NCBI GenBank assembly: GCA_964016885.1
Contig: OZ024742.1
Location: 221,836,001 to 221,900,000, forward strand
Origin: Eledone cirrhosa
Lineage: Eukaryota
Length of the DNA: 64,000 bases
Reading direction: 5' to 3'
The first letter of the stretch is position 1; each line of letters starts with the position of its first letter. The translations under genes were made by a program, and so were the position numbers. The notes beneath the pieces are model-generated. The model searched no databases. It had not been told where the DNA came from and worked only from the letters and a program-made list of their open reading frames with translations. Shown in pieces: positions 12,977-24,682 of the stretch.

Positions 12977-13827
12977 GAAGTAGATGGAGCTCCTCAGTCA
13001 CTTTGGTGACAAGACTTACGCCTAGATGGGAAGTAGATGGAGCTCCTCAGTCACTTTGGTGACAAGACTTACGCCTAGATGGGAAGTAGATGGAGCTCCT
13101 CAGTCACGTTGGTGACAAGACTTACGCCTAGATGGGAAGTAGATGGAGCTCCTCAGTCACTTTGGTGACAAGACTTACGCCTAGATGGGAAGTAGATGGA
13201 GCTCCTCAGTCACGTTGGTGACAAGACTTACGCCTAGATGGGAAGTAGATGGAGCTCCTCAGTCACTTTGGTGACAAGACTTACGCCTAGATGGGAAGTA
13301 GATGGAGCTCCTCAGTCACTTTGGTGACAAGACTTACGCCTAGATGGGAAGTAGATGGAGCTCCTCAGTCACTTTGGTGACAAGACTTACGCCTAGATGG
13401 GAAGTAGATGGAGCTCCTCAGTCACTTTGGTGACAAGACTTACGCCTAGATGGGAAGTAGATGGAGCTCCTCAGTCACTTTGGTAACAAGACTTACGCCT
13501 AGATGGGAAGTAGATGGAGCTCCTCAGTCACTTTGGTGACAAGACTTACGCCTAGATGGGAAGTAGATGGAGCTCCTCAGTCACGTTGGTGACAAGACTT
13601 ACGCCTAGATGGGAAGTAGATGGAGCTCCTCAGTCACGTTGGTGACAAGACTTACGCCTAGATGGGAAGTAGATGGAGCTCCTCAGTCACGTTGGTGACA
13701 AGACTTACGCCTAGATGGGAAGTAGATGGAGCTCCTCAGTCACTTTGGTGACAAGACTTACGCCTAGATGGGAAGTAGATGGAGCTCCTCAGTCACGTTG
13801 GTGACAAGACTTACGCCTAGATGGGAA
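12977..13827. repeat. 53-bp tandem repeat, 16 near-identical copies
   Basis: Unit gaagtagatggagctcctcagtcac(t/g)ttggtgacaagacttacgcctagatgg; no spacers. Confidence 0.97.
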
Positions 13828-14111
13828 ATAAATAATTTTCTACATAGAAAATAAACACAACCACTAGGTTATGGTCCGAACGTGGAAGAGTCGAACTCCC
13901 AGTCATCGCCTCCATCTCTCTCACCCTCCCCATCTATGGTGAGCAAATGGGGTCCCACGTGCTGGCCTCCCCACAGACCCGGTGGACAGAATGGAGAAGG
14001 CGTTTCCCTGGAGGATGGTAAGGGAGATTATAAATATAAAATAAATATAAAATGATTTTTGAATCATGCTGCCAATTAAAACCCTCGTACAATTTTATTA
14101 ATCAGGTAATT

Positions 14112-14932
14112 AGGGCGGTGGTTTGGCAGTATCGGTAGAGCGTCGGACACTCTGCTTCGTGGCATAGAGTTACGGCCCTTTACGTTCTGAATTTAAATCC
14201 CGCCGAAGTTAGCTTTCTCTTTCATCCTTACGGGGTCGATAAAATAAAGTACCAGTTATGCACTGGTTCGATTTAATTGACTTACCGCTCCTCCAAATTG
14301 CTGGCATGGTGTCTATAGTAGAACTCATTATTAATCAGGTAATTAATCCACCAATCAATTGGTTAATCAACTAATTAATTAATTAACCTTGAGCAAGAGT
14401 CTTTACCATAGTCTCCGGTTGACCCAAGCTTTGTGAATGATATTAAGTAGATGGAAACTATGTGGTCTAGCTTGTCATGCTGAATCTCCCTGAGAATTGC
14501 GTTAAGGGTACAAGTGAATATGGAATACTCAACCACTTATACTATAATTGTTTCTACTTTTGGTACAAGGTCAGCAATTACCCCAGTGTATTACTGATGC
14601 TTTATTTATCGACCCCGTAAGGATGAAAGGCAAAGTTAACCTCGGCGGGATTTGAACTCAGAACGTAAAGGGCCATAACTCTATACTGCAAAGCATGGCG
14701 TCCGACCCTCTACCGATACTGCTAATGCCATCTTATTATAAGATGGATTGGCAGTATCGGTAGAGAGTCGGGCGCCATGCTTTGCAGCATAGAGTTATGG
14801 CCCTTTACGTTCTGAGTTCAAATCCCGCCGAGGTTAACTTTGCCTGTCATCCTTACGGGGTCGATAAAATAAAGTACCAGTAATACACTGATATAATTGT
14901 TGGACTTGTGCCAAAAGTAGAAACAATTATAT
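14112..14932. mobile_element. Deu/Nin-core SINEs (14112-14330 +, 14542-14727 -, 14745-14932 +)
   Basis: Same tRNA head and core as the other copies. Confidence 0.8.
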
Positions 14933-15369
14933 ATGTTAAAACAATACCATAGACAAAATTAAGCTAAAAATATAATTGCTAGATGGAAGAGAAAAGCTGT
15001 TACTACAAGCCTCTTCTCTTCGTCTAAGTTTTACCCAGTGCAACAACACTTCCAGTAACACCACAAACTGCATAACAACGTCAACACTAACAGATGCACT
15101 AACGTAAAGGGTCATAACTCTATTCTGGAAAGCATGGCGTCCGACCCTCTACCGATACTGCCAATTCACACTATAATACATGATTGATCGCACCTATAAT
15201 TCACACTGTGTAATGCTGATTCTGTCTGAAAATTAAGTCAAGGGGACAATGTGTCCATTTAAGTTATAATACAAGACAGATTTTATCATCATCATCTTTT
15301 CAATACAACAATTATAAATATTCTCGTGTTTCATTCAAAACCCTAATATTGTCTTCTCTCTGTTTAAAG

Positions 15370-15448
15370 GGGTCTCGTTGACAGCGAAGAGTTGCAGAAA
15401 ATCTACAAAACCTTGACTGAAAGTGAACTTTGCTCCCATTCTTATGGC
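15370..15448 (+). CDS. PhyH-family dioxygenase exon B
   Basis: tttaaag|G...TATGGC|gtaagt; (R)GLVDSEELQKIYKTLTESELCSHSYG; phase 2 to 0 matches neighbours. Confidence 0.85.
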
Positions 15449-17002
15449 GTAAGTGATATTTCAAACAAAACACAAATCTCTCGGAGGTTAACTTTGCCCT
15501 TCAACCCTCTGGGATCGATAAAATAAAGTACCTGTAAAACACTACGGTAGATATAATCAATGTTAACCTTTGACGTTGATCCTTCTACGTTGATCCATGC
15601 TACTGTAAGTCCTGGTGGCGTCATAGTGGCGCCGTTGTGACACACGGTGTGTTTTGGGCAATTTCCTTTTTTTTTTTTTTTTGCATTTTAAACTTGACAG
15701 AACTCATCACCCCCTCCATATATAAACATAGTCGTTTTCTTCCAGAGAGAGAGAGGAGTATGAATGAGAAAATCGACCTCAGTATTTGACTGGTACTTTT
15801 TTTATCTACCTTAGAAAGGTTAAGAGGCGAAGTTAACCGTAACAGGAGTTGAACTCAGACCGCAGAGAGCTGGAAGGAACACTACAAAACATTTTGTCTG
15901 AGGTTCTAACGACTCCGTCAATTCCCTGCCTCAAGGTACCAGTCAAATACTGGGTTCGATAAGATAAAGTACCTGTTAAATACTGGGGTAGATGTGATTA
16001 AGGTTAACCTTGCCTGGGATCGATAAGGCAAAATACCGCTGGAGCACCGGGATTGATATTATCGATCATACCCATCTCCAAAATGTGTGACCTAGTGACA
16101 ATATTAGAAATCAATATTTAAAACGAACATCCCCCCCCCCCCCTACACAAACACACACATACACATACATACATACATACATACATACATACATACATAC
16201 ACATGTTACATGTCATTTAAAATTACGCTCCCCAATGTATTCAAATATGTAACTTCTAAAATTAACGTTCTGTTAAATGCAAATAAAGTCCTTTCGTTCC
16301 AGCTCTTTGCCTTCTGAATTCAAATTTCGTTTATTTCAACTTTGTCTTTCGTGTTTATGAGTTCGATAAATATAATACCAGTCTAGTAGTGGGGTCGACT
16401 CTTTCTTCATATTTCTTCCATAAATCCTTTTTCTTTTTCCTGAAGAAATCAGGTGTGTACTGACCTGGAGACGGATTAGTTTCACCAGATGATAAGGCCC
16501 AAGTGTCTCGAAAACACCTCTACGACTCCATTAGAAGTTAAGGGGCCATCGATCAAGGTTTGATATTAAGTTCTATTTAGATCTATAGCTCCTTAGTGTA
16601 CTCCAAATTAAACCAGAAACACGTAACTTTCATAACTTAAATAATCGCATATAATTAAATGTTTTGTTAAAGAAAAACTACTGCCGTCTCTCGCCATCGA
16701 GTATTATTTGATGGTGTTTACTATGCTTTCACAAGCTGTTTTAGGTGTTCGTGTAATCGCGAGCAGACACAGCCATCCACTCAATCTTCCTTCCTTTCAT
16801 TCAGCAGGAAGAAAAGAGGGCCGCACCAGTGTTGGCCTGGTACTTTTTTTTTATCGATCCCGAAATAATGAAAGGCAAAGTGGATCTCGTTGTGATTTTA
16901 ACACAGAACGCAGAGACAGGGTATAAATATCCAACGCTCTATCGACTCTGCCAAATCGACGCCTTTATATTTTAATATGTATATATCATATATATGTATG
17001 TA

Positions 17003-17285
17003 TGGGCCCTTAACTCCTGATAGAGTCGTAGGGACATCGCAGTGACACGACGTATCTTAGGCATTTTAAACTTGGCGGAGCACATCCTTCTTTCGGTTTG
17101 AACATAGCCAATTTCTTTCAGGGAAGGTGAAAGATCGAGAGAGTAATTGAACGGGAGCGAGAAAGAGATATAAAAGAAGAATCGACTCCACTACTGAACT
17201 GGTACCCTTCTTTTTTATCAACCTCGAAAGGATGAAAGGGAAAGTTGACCTCAATGGGATTTGAACTCAGAGAGCCGTAACGATT
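17003..17285 (-). mobile_element. Second SINE subfamily (same core, different 3' tail ending ..caggagtta..cata); also ~15590-15930 -, 28480-28735 +, 29800-30075 -, 59540-59870 -
   Basis: Shared core plus shared tail gtaactcctgatagtgtcgtaggggcgcc on the plus strand. Confidence 0.65.
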
Positions 17286-17319
17286 ACCACGAAAATTTAA
17301 TAAAAAATTTCTTTCGCAG

Positions 17320-17430
17320 CTTCCTGACAATGTTGGCAGTGAAAGTAAGATGACTCTCTGGAGTTACCCTGGCAATGATGTGACAGGCATGTTGGCACGA
17401 TGTAACAAAATCGCTGGAACAAGTGAAAAG
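17320..17430 (+). CDS. PhyH-family dioxygenase exon C
   Basis: ttcgcag|CTT...AAG|gttaga; LPDNVGSESKMTLWSYPGNDVTGMLARCNKIAGTSEK; 111 nt, phase 0-0. Confidence 0.9.
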
Positions 17431-17981
17431 GTTAGAACATGTTGTTGTCGTTAATATTCCCTCATTCCCAGGGTCAGTCTTGGTCTATATATGGCTACAA
17501 GTAGAATACGAGATATCCATGTTGATATTTGAGAAAGATGATAAATAAATATACACAATAATTAAAAATAATATTACACCAAGAATTCTTTACTTCGTTA
17601 CAGATACTCAGGCTCAGTCTCTAGTTTGAGGCCATCTTCGTTGCAAGCACTATAAAATTAGCAGTCGTAGTCTTCTTTACCATGTTTGGTAACTTTAGGG
17701 ATACTCCCCTCCTCCCCTCCATCACTCACCCCCACTAGTCTCGGAAGCCCCCAAAGGGTCATTGGCACTGATTTTTTCCTGACTAATTGAAACCTGAACA
17801 GACACCGTGTGATATTAAACAGATACTTTGAACAAAACTCTTACTAACTTTAGTACATATATGGATAGAAGTAGAATACGAGATATCCATGTTGATATTT
17901 GAGAAAGATGATAAATAAATATACACAATAATTAAAAATAATATCACATTATATCTTCTTATTTTGACATTTGTTTGGCAG

Positions 17982-18073
17982 CTTCTAGGCGGTGAAGTGT
18001 ACTTTTATCATGGAAAACTTATGATGAAGGATGCCTTTTCTGGTGGTAGACACGTTTGGCACCAAGATTATGG
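17982..18073 (+). CDS. PhyH-family dioxygenase exon D (HxD iron ligands)
   Basis: ttggcag|CTT...TATGG|gtaagt; LLGGEVYFYHGKLMMKDAFSGGRHVWHQDY(G), WHQD motif. Confidence 0.93.
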
Positions 18074-18439
18074 GTAAGTTGAGGTTTATAGATTACAACC
18101 ACCAATATATATAAATATCTAAAATGTTTTATTCATAACATTGTTGATTATGCATGTGATCTGTTTTTTGTATTTTTGCGCCAAATTTACATTGAACGAT
18201 CATCGCGTAGCAAGCAGTGGCGTAGCAAGCAGTGGCGTAACTAACGGGGGGGGGGGGGGGGTGCGGGGGTGCGCCCTCTGGCTTTCCTGTCGGTCTAGGT
18301 GGGCCCCCAAGGCTATAATTCTAAACACATAACTTATTACACATGTAATTACGAATCCTTAACTACAACAACGTAAAGAAAACGCTTAATCTCTAATAAG
18401 ACTAGAAGTTAAGACCAAAAATATAATATTTCGGATAAA

Positions 18440-18685
18440 ATGGCAACTGCATCTAAAAAAAGTGTAGACAATATTCCGTCGAATAAAAACGTTAAATTTT
18501 TTTTACTTGCTTTCTCCACATCTTATTTAGTTGAGTCAGGTTTCAGTCAGGTGATGCATCTGCTTTCAAAAAGTCAAAATCGCCTTGATATAGAAAGAAG
18601 AGGTGATTTACCACTCTCTCTAACGGCTTTCACACCAAACATTGACAAATTAGTAGCCTTGCATCAATCACAGGGATCTCATTAA
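18440..18685 (+). pseudogene. Buster-type hAT transposase C-terminal fragment inside the Tip100 element
   Basis: FSTSYLVESGFS..KSQNRLDI..RGDL..SLT..PNIDKL..HQSQGSH*. Confidence 0.75.
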
Positions 18686-18960
18686 AAACCGATTATTATA
18701 TTCTTTGATTTGTAAATATAAATAAATGATTTGATATCTAAATTCTATATTATTCTATATGTTTGAAATGTTGTAAAACATGCTTATGTTATTCTCGATA
18801 CTCAGGTTTTTAACCTAATATTTAATTAAAAGTATAATTATGCATGAGTATATACACACAAATATATATATCTATATATTGTGTGTATATATAGAAAAAA
18901 TATATATAATATTTTTATTTATGTTGTTACTTTTTATCATTAGTCACATTTTAGAACAAT

Positions 18961-21261
18961 TTGGTATTTGCGACATTTTTTGGACTTTTGCTCTATGTTT
19001 TGTTTTTCGAGGACAGACCATTGACGACACCTCTAATTCGCGCCCTCATGGCCGTTGGTCCTTGTCAGCTAGGATTGAAAGATAATTTTGCTGATTTCCC
19101 TCTCGACTCGAACCACAGAAAATTCAACATCAGTTGGTACAAGAGAAAGTGTGCTGGAATCCATAAAGTTGACCGACAATAGTTAGTATACTCTCCTGAA
19201 TCCAACAGACTATATTGCTTTTGTTGTTGGCTGTTTGCTGATAAAAATGCCGAATCTTACTCGAAGACTTGGGGTAATCCAGAGTGTGGGATGGCAAACT
19301 TCAAAAAGGGAATCGAAAAAATTGCCAAGCACGAGAAAAGTGCCATTCACATCAATGCACAAAAGCAATACTTCATGACAAAATATCGTTTGGACGCAGA
19401 TAAAACAGTGATCGATAACCTCATCCATGAAGAGAAGAAGCGAATTGAACGAAATCGCCAGATATTGAGGCGATTGCTTGATTGTACGTTATTTCTCGCA
19501 AAACAAGGCCTGGCCTTCAGAGGTCACAGGGAATATGCTGGATTTGGCGCCAAATCAGAAAATGAAGGAAACTTTATTGAATTGTTGAAATTGATGGCCA
19601 AGTATGATACGATCTTGGAAAGCCATTTATTCTCGCCTGGGCGCACTAAAAGACAGCCTATGTACTTAAGTCCAAAATTTCAAAACGAATTCATAGAATG
19701 CCTGGCATACGAATGTACTCAACAAATAATCACGGAAGTGAAAGCGGCAAAATACTATTCAGTTATCGTCGATTCCACAATAGACATTTCGCATCAGGAT
19801 CAATGCTCTGTGTCACTGCGATATGTATCGAAAAGTGGCCACGCACAGGAGCATTTCCTGTCGTTTTGTGAACTAGAATCAGCAGGCACTGAATCATTTT
19901 ACGATACGCTTGTGAAAGTTCTTTTCCAGGATCTATCCTTGGATGCTCAATATATTAGGGGACAAGCTTACGACGGAGCGTCGAATATGTCCGGCCATAT
20001 TTCTGGGCTTCAGGCTAGAGTTAAAGAGGGATGCTCTTCGAAAGCTGTTTACGTCCATTGTTGCGCTCATAACCTGAACCTGGTGTTAATCGATGCTAGC
20101 CAATCGTCAGTGGATGGTAAATTATTTTTTGGTATATTGGAGAGCCTGTATGTTTTCTTAACATCAAGCTTGCCAAGGCTGAAAATCCTCAAAGAAGAAC
20201 AAGAAAAACTATTGACTTCAACGGTATTAACATTAAAAAGTCTCTCAGATACGCGCTGGTTTCGTCACATTTAGGCTGTAGAGGCTACCATTAACAACTT
20301 ACCGGCAGTAATAAGTGCACTAGAGAAGATAATAAGTGGGGATGTTCACAACACTGCTCCGAAAGTATTAGCCGAGGCCAGAGGTTTGCTACTAAATGTG
20401 AGCAAGTTTGAATTCATTTTCATATTGAAGTATTTTCAGAATTTACTTAAAAAGCTGCATTCTGTTTCACAATATTTGCAGAAGGAGGCTATCGACTTAT
20501 ATTCCGCGGACGTCATGATTAAAAATGTAGTAAAAGAAATTGAAGACATCCGCTCAAATGAATATTTTGACCGAACATTATCAGATGCTAAAAATCTCGC
20601 CGAGCAATGTCAAGTTGAACCAGAGTTTACAACAGAAAAACGGAAAAGAAAAAAGAAGCGTTTTCATGACGAAAATGCCAGTGACGAACCTCATGAGACA
20701 ATGAGTCAGCATTTTAAACGGGACGTTTATTTCACTATCTTAGATAGAATCATTAGTAGCTTTAACGAACGTTTTGCCGACTTGCACGATCTAGTGAAGG
20801 ATTTTTCGTGCTTGATACCGGCGCACTTCGACGACGACGACACATGCAATAGAGAGAGAATCGATAATCTTGTGAAATTCTACGAGGGTGACATCGAAAA
20901 TGACACTATCTTCGACGAGTATTTATCATTCAAAGATTTTTACAAGGAAGTGTGTTTAGATAAATCCATATCGAGTTCTGAGATCGTTCCGTTTATGATT
21001 TCTAATGACTTAGATAGAGCCTATCCGAACGTGTTTGCCTTATACAAAATGTTCATAACTATTCCGGTTAGCTCGGCGCAGGCTGAGCGAACCTTCAGCA
21101 GGCTCAAACTGATAAAGAATTATTTGCGTAGTACCATGAGTGAAGAGCGGTTGAATGCTCTGGCAATGATGTACATAGAGCGAGAACTGGCTGAAAAAAT
21201 TGACTTCAGCATCGTGATTGAAAAATTTTCTAAAGTAAAACATCGCAAATTAGAACTGTAG
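18961..21261 (+). pseudogene. Tip100-type hAT transposase, one reading frame with two premature TAG stops (19180, 20272)
   Basis: TTF zinc finger (LYCFCCWLF..HEKS..H), LAFRGH, EGNF, IVDSTID, AYDGA, HCCAH, TRW, AERTFSRLKLIKNYLRSTM. Confidence 0.9.
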
Positions 21262-21699
21262 AACAAGTGATATGCTCGAATGTGAAAGTAAAGTTTTAGA
21301 TGGACGATTTGTTGTACATACGAATTTTTGTTGGTGAATAATCGATTGCAAAAGTAGTTTTATTGGATGTTTTTTTTCTGAAGATAGACCACCGTCTTCG
21401 CAGTTAATAAAGTTTTCACGGAACATGCAAACTGTAATCTATGATGCTGTCTACTCTATTATAAATTATTATCTATTCTATATGCGTGTATGAACATATT
21501 TCTTTGCATCCGATGGACCCCCCCCCCCCCAGCATTAAAAGCTAGTTACGCCACTGGTAGCAAGTCGATATTTTGTATATCGATATGAATTCATTTTCAC
21601 TTCAATTTATTACAAATTTCCAGTTGGTTAGTTTAATAAGTGGATAGTTGTTTATTTGTTTATTCTATAACCCATCTGATAAGTCCTTCGACATGCGTC

Positions 21700-22530
21700 G
21701 CATTTATCCGATGACGTGATCGTTTAACAAACGTACCTGTATCCCGTCACAAGCCGATGTCCAAACGGAGGCGCAATTCACAATAGCTAGAGCTAAACTT
21801 AGACAAATACTGGAACAACATAGTAGGAAACAGATAGAATGGAGACCGAGCAACTTGGTACAAAAACCGCAAATATCTTGCGTAATCTCATACAGCGCTC
21901 GCAAAATGGGGAGGTTGTATGCTTTTCAGCGGACAAATCTGGCATGTTATCAGTAGACAGCCTGCCAAACTTCCTCCAGGCAATGCGACCCCACATAATC
22001 AACACAAGAGAAACAACACCACATGAGCACGAAGAAAGAGAAACACCCTAAACGCTCACATGATGATGTGGTCTAGCATAATGCAACCTAACAAGCGTAC
22101 AACCAACAACTTTCAGGCCTGGAACAATGTCGTACCGATGCTGTATGGGCTTTGCAAAGACCACAAAGCAAATAGTGACCCAGTCATAGGACCACCAATA
22201 CGGCTATTCTGTGGAGCAAACATTGCTAGTAAGTACAGACTCTCCTACTTCCTCTCATGATCATATGACTCATAATCGAAATGTCCACAAATATATGTGA
22301 CAGCACGAAAGACACCTCCTCAGCAGAATCAACGAATGCAATTTATCTGGGGACCTGACAGGCTGTACAATATGTAGTATGGATGTGGTGCCACTGTATC
22401 CAGCACACAGCTCTCAAAAACAAGATTGTGTAGGACAGAACAAAGGAGAGACACAAAATACAAATTAATCACTGAAGAGGTCACAGAATGAGTGATAAAA
22501 GAGCTTTAACAATAAACAAATAAACAGCCA
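21700..22530 (+). mobile_element. Degenerate Penelope-like RT fragment joined to a pLTR-like end
   Basis: ADKSG, LYGLCKDHK..GPPIR..CGA, SMDVVPLYP; decayed HHR ctgaaga-ggtcac..gtgat at ~22468-22512. Confidence 0.6.
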
Positions 22531-22911
22531 CATATATATAAACATACACACACGCACACATAAATATATGTATATATATATATACATATGTATATATATA
22601 CATACTTATATATATGCATATTTATACATATGCTCTAATTAGGTTAAATCTATATATACATAATGTATATCGATTAAGTTACTGAACAAAGGAAGCTCAA
22701 TGAACATTAAGCCCAGAGCATAATTTATACAAATCTAAACGATATATTCACTTTTATATATCAAACAATTCTATTTCATATATCTAGTTGAGAAACAAGT
22801 AGTATCATGATAAATAATAAATATACTCGTTCATAGAAAGAATCAAACTAAGATTGTTTAAACTTTAGACAATCTTGGCTTGTTTCTTTCTATGAACGAG
22901 TATCATCATCG

Positions 22912-23270
22912 GTGAATTGGCAGTATCGGTAGAGCGTCGGACATGCTTTCCAGCATAGTTACGTCCCTTTACGATCTGAGTTCAAATCCGGCCGAGGTTA
23001 ACTTTGCCTTTCATCCTTACGGGGTCGATAAAATAAAGTATCAGTAATGTACTGGATAATTGCTGGCCTTGTGCCTAAAATAGAAACAATTATTTGTATC
23101 GGTAGAGGGTTGGACGCCATACTTTCTAGCATAGTTACGTCCCATTACAGTCTGAGTTCAAATCCCGCCGAGGTTAACTTTGCCTTTCATCCTTACGGGG
23201 TCGATAAAATAAAGTACCAGTAATGTACTGGATAATTTGCTGGCCTTGTGCCTAAAGTAGAAATAATTAT
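22912..23270 (+). mobile_element. Two tandem Deu/Nin-core SINEs
   Basis: Head-to-tail copies of the family. Confidence 0.8.
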
Positions 23271-23372
23271 ATGTATGTACATGATACTAGTTGTTTCTCA
23301 ACTAGATATATGGAAGCGACGTTTATGTATATCGTTTAAATTTGTAAATAGATACATATGTATACACACACA

Positions 23373-23475
<103 letters not shown>

Positions 23476-23896
23476 ATATATACATAGGTATATATACATA
23501 CATATATATATATACATACATACATATATATATATATGCATACATATATATATGTATACATACATATATATATGTATACATACATATATATATGTATATA
23601 TATACTATAAAGTATGTCCATAGAATCATTTGATAATATATATATACACCATTTCCTCTCCCAATTAGCATAATCAACCACATAAAAAATCAATTAGACA
23701 GGCTATAAGATTAAAAGGCACCTATGAAGAAATATAAGATAAATAAACAACAGCAATCTCTTCGCGGCCGACCGCCATAGAATATTTACCCAACATTTCA
23801 ACAGCACGTGGAAATCGACTAAATATACCGTCAACCATACACAATTAGGTATAAAATTAAAGTTAGAAGAAATGCGTACACACTTACCAGGATTAT

Positions 23897-23975
23897 GTCT
23901 CTACCCTCGGGTTTCGTTCGCATTTTGAGATATCCTATTAAGGATAAAATCTCGAGTTCGAACTCGTTAGGAAAC
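23897..23975 (-). ncRNA. Hammerhead motif with long stem II and a G5-to-A core change
   Basis: minus: gtttc-CTAACGA-gttcg..gagat..atcct taat aggat atctc..cgaac-GAAAC ccgagg GTA-gagac. Confidence 0.6.
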
Positions 23976-23999
23976 AAACTCATAGAACAAGTAATTTTC

Positions 24000-24614
24000 T
24001 AAAGTGATCCCCGCCAGAAACAAATTCAAAATGGCTAAAAATCGTAACGTGGCAGAGATAGACCCCCATAACCATATATATGCAGAAACTACATTGGTAC
24101 TTGGATAAGTATATTTCATTCTAATCAAAGCGTTCCCCGAGGGCACAAGCCCCCGCCGAAAAATTTTTCCCTTCGATTTATATGAAATTTAAACCATAGG
24201 TAAATGACAAGATATGATGCTTATTCACAAAATTTCAGGCAAATTTCAATACTATTAAGACACCCTAATGGGGGTTAAACCCCCTATAGTGAACATTTTG
24301 GAAACCTATAACTTGAGTATTGGAACTTTGAATTTCTAATTTGAAAATAATGCTTTACACAAAAATGAAATGATCAAGTTTTGAATTGATATTTTAAAAA
24401 AAATTATTTGCAAGAAACAAAATAAGAATAAGATTTAATAATGTAATTTTAATTTAATATATTACAAAAAATAATGTTTTCCAATTTTTCATTAAGTAAT
24501 ATTGAAATGCTGAGTTTTTCTCCATGAATTATATAACTGATTTAAAATCAATCATCATTTTCTTACAAATAAAAAAAAAATGTGTGAAACGCAGCAAGGC
24601 GCGGGTAATTCGGC

Positions 24615-24618
<4 letters not shown>
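24000..24618 (-). mobile_element. Non-autonomous Helitron-type element (family of 2300-2790)
   Basis: Minus start atagccgaattacccgcgccttgctgcg (Lep1-like); homologous to 2300-2740. Confidence 0.5.

Positions 24619-24680
<62 letters not shown>

Positions 24681-24682
<2 letters not shown>

Larger units (their letters stand above)
18230..21556 (+). mobile_element. hAT (Tip100/ZMYM1-like) DNA transposon with intact ends
   Basis: 14-bp TIR cagtggcgtaacta / tagttacgccactg; 8-bp TSD gtagcaag at 18222-18229 and 21557-21564. Confidence 0.93.

Noticed and set aside
12977-13827. CRISPR-like array
   Set aside because: Contiguous near-identical units, no unique spacers, no cas genes, eukaryotic intron; the same applies to the 40-bp array at 7918
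13949-13996. HDV-like ribozyme (gggtc...cctcccc...gaccc gg)
   Set aside because: No P2 partner or P4; better explained as a LINE C-terminal remnant (PQTRWTE)
16485-16520. HHR-like cagatga...cgaaa; also ctgaaaa at ~34327
   Set aside because: Core mutated and stems I/III do not pair
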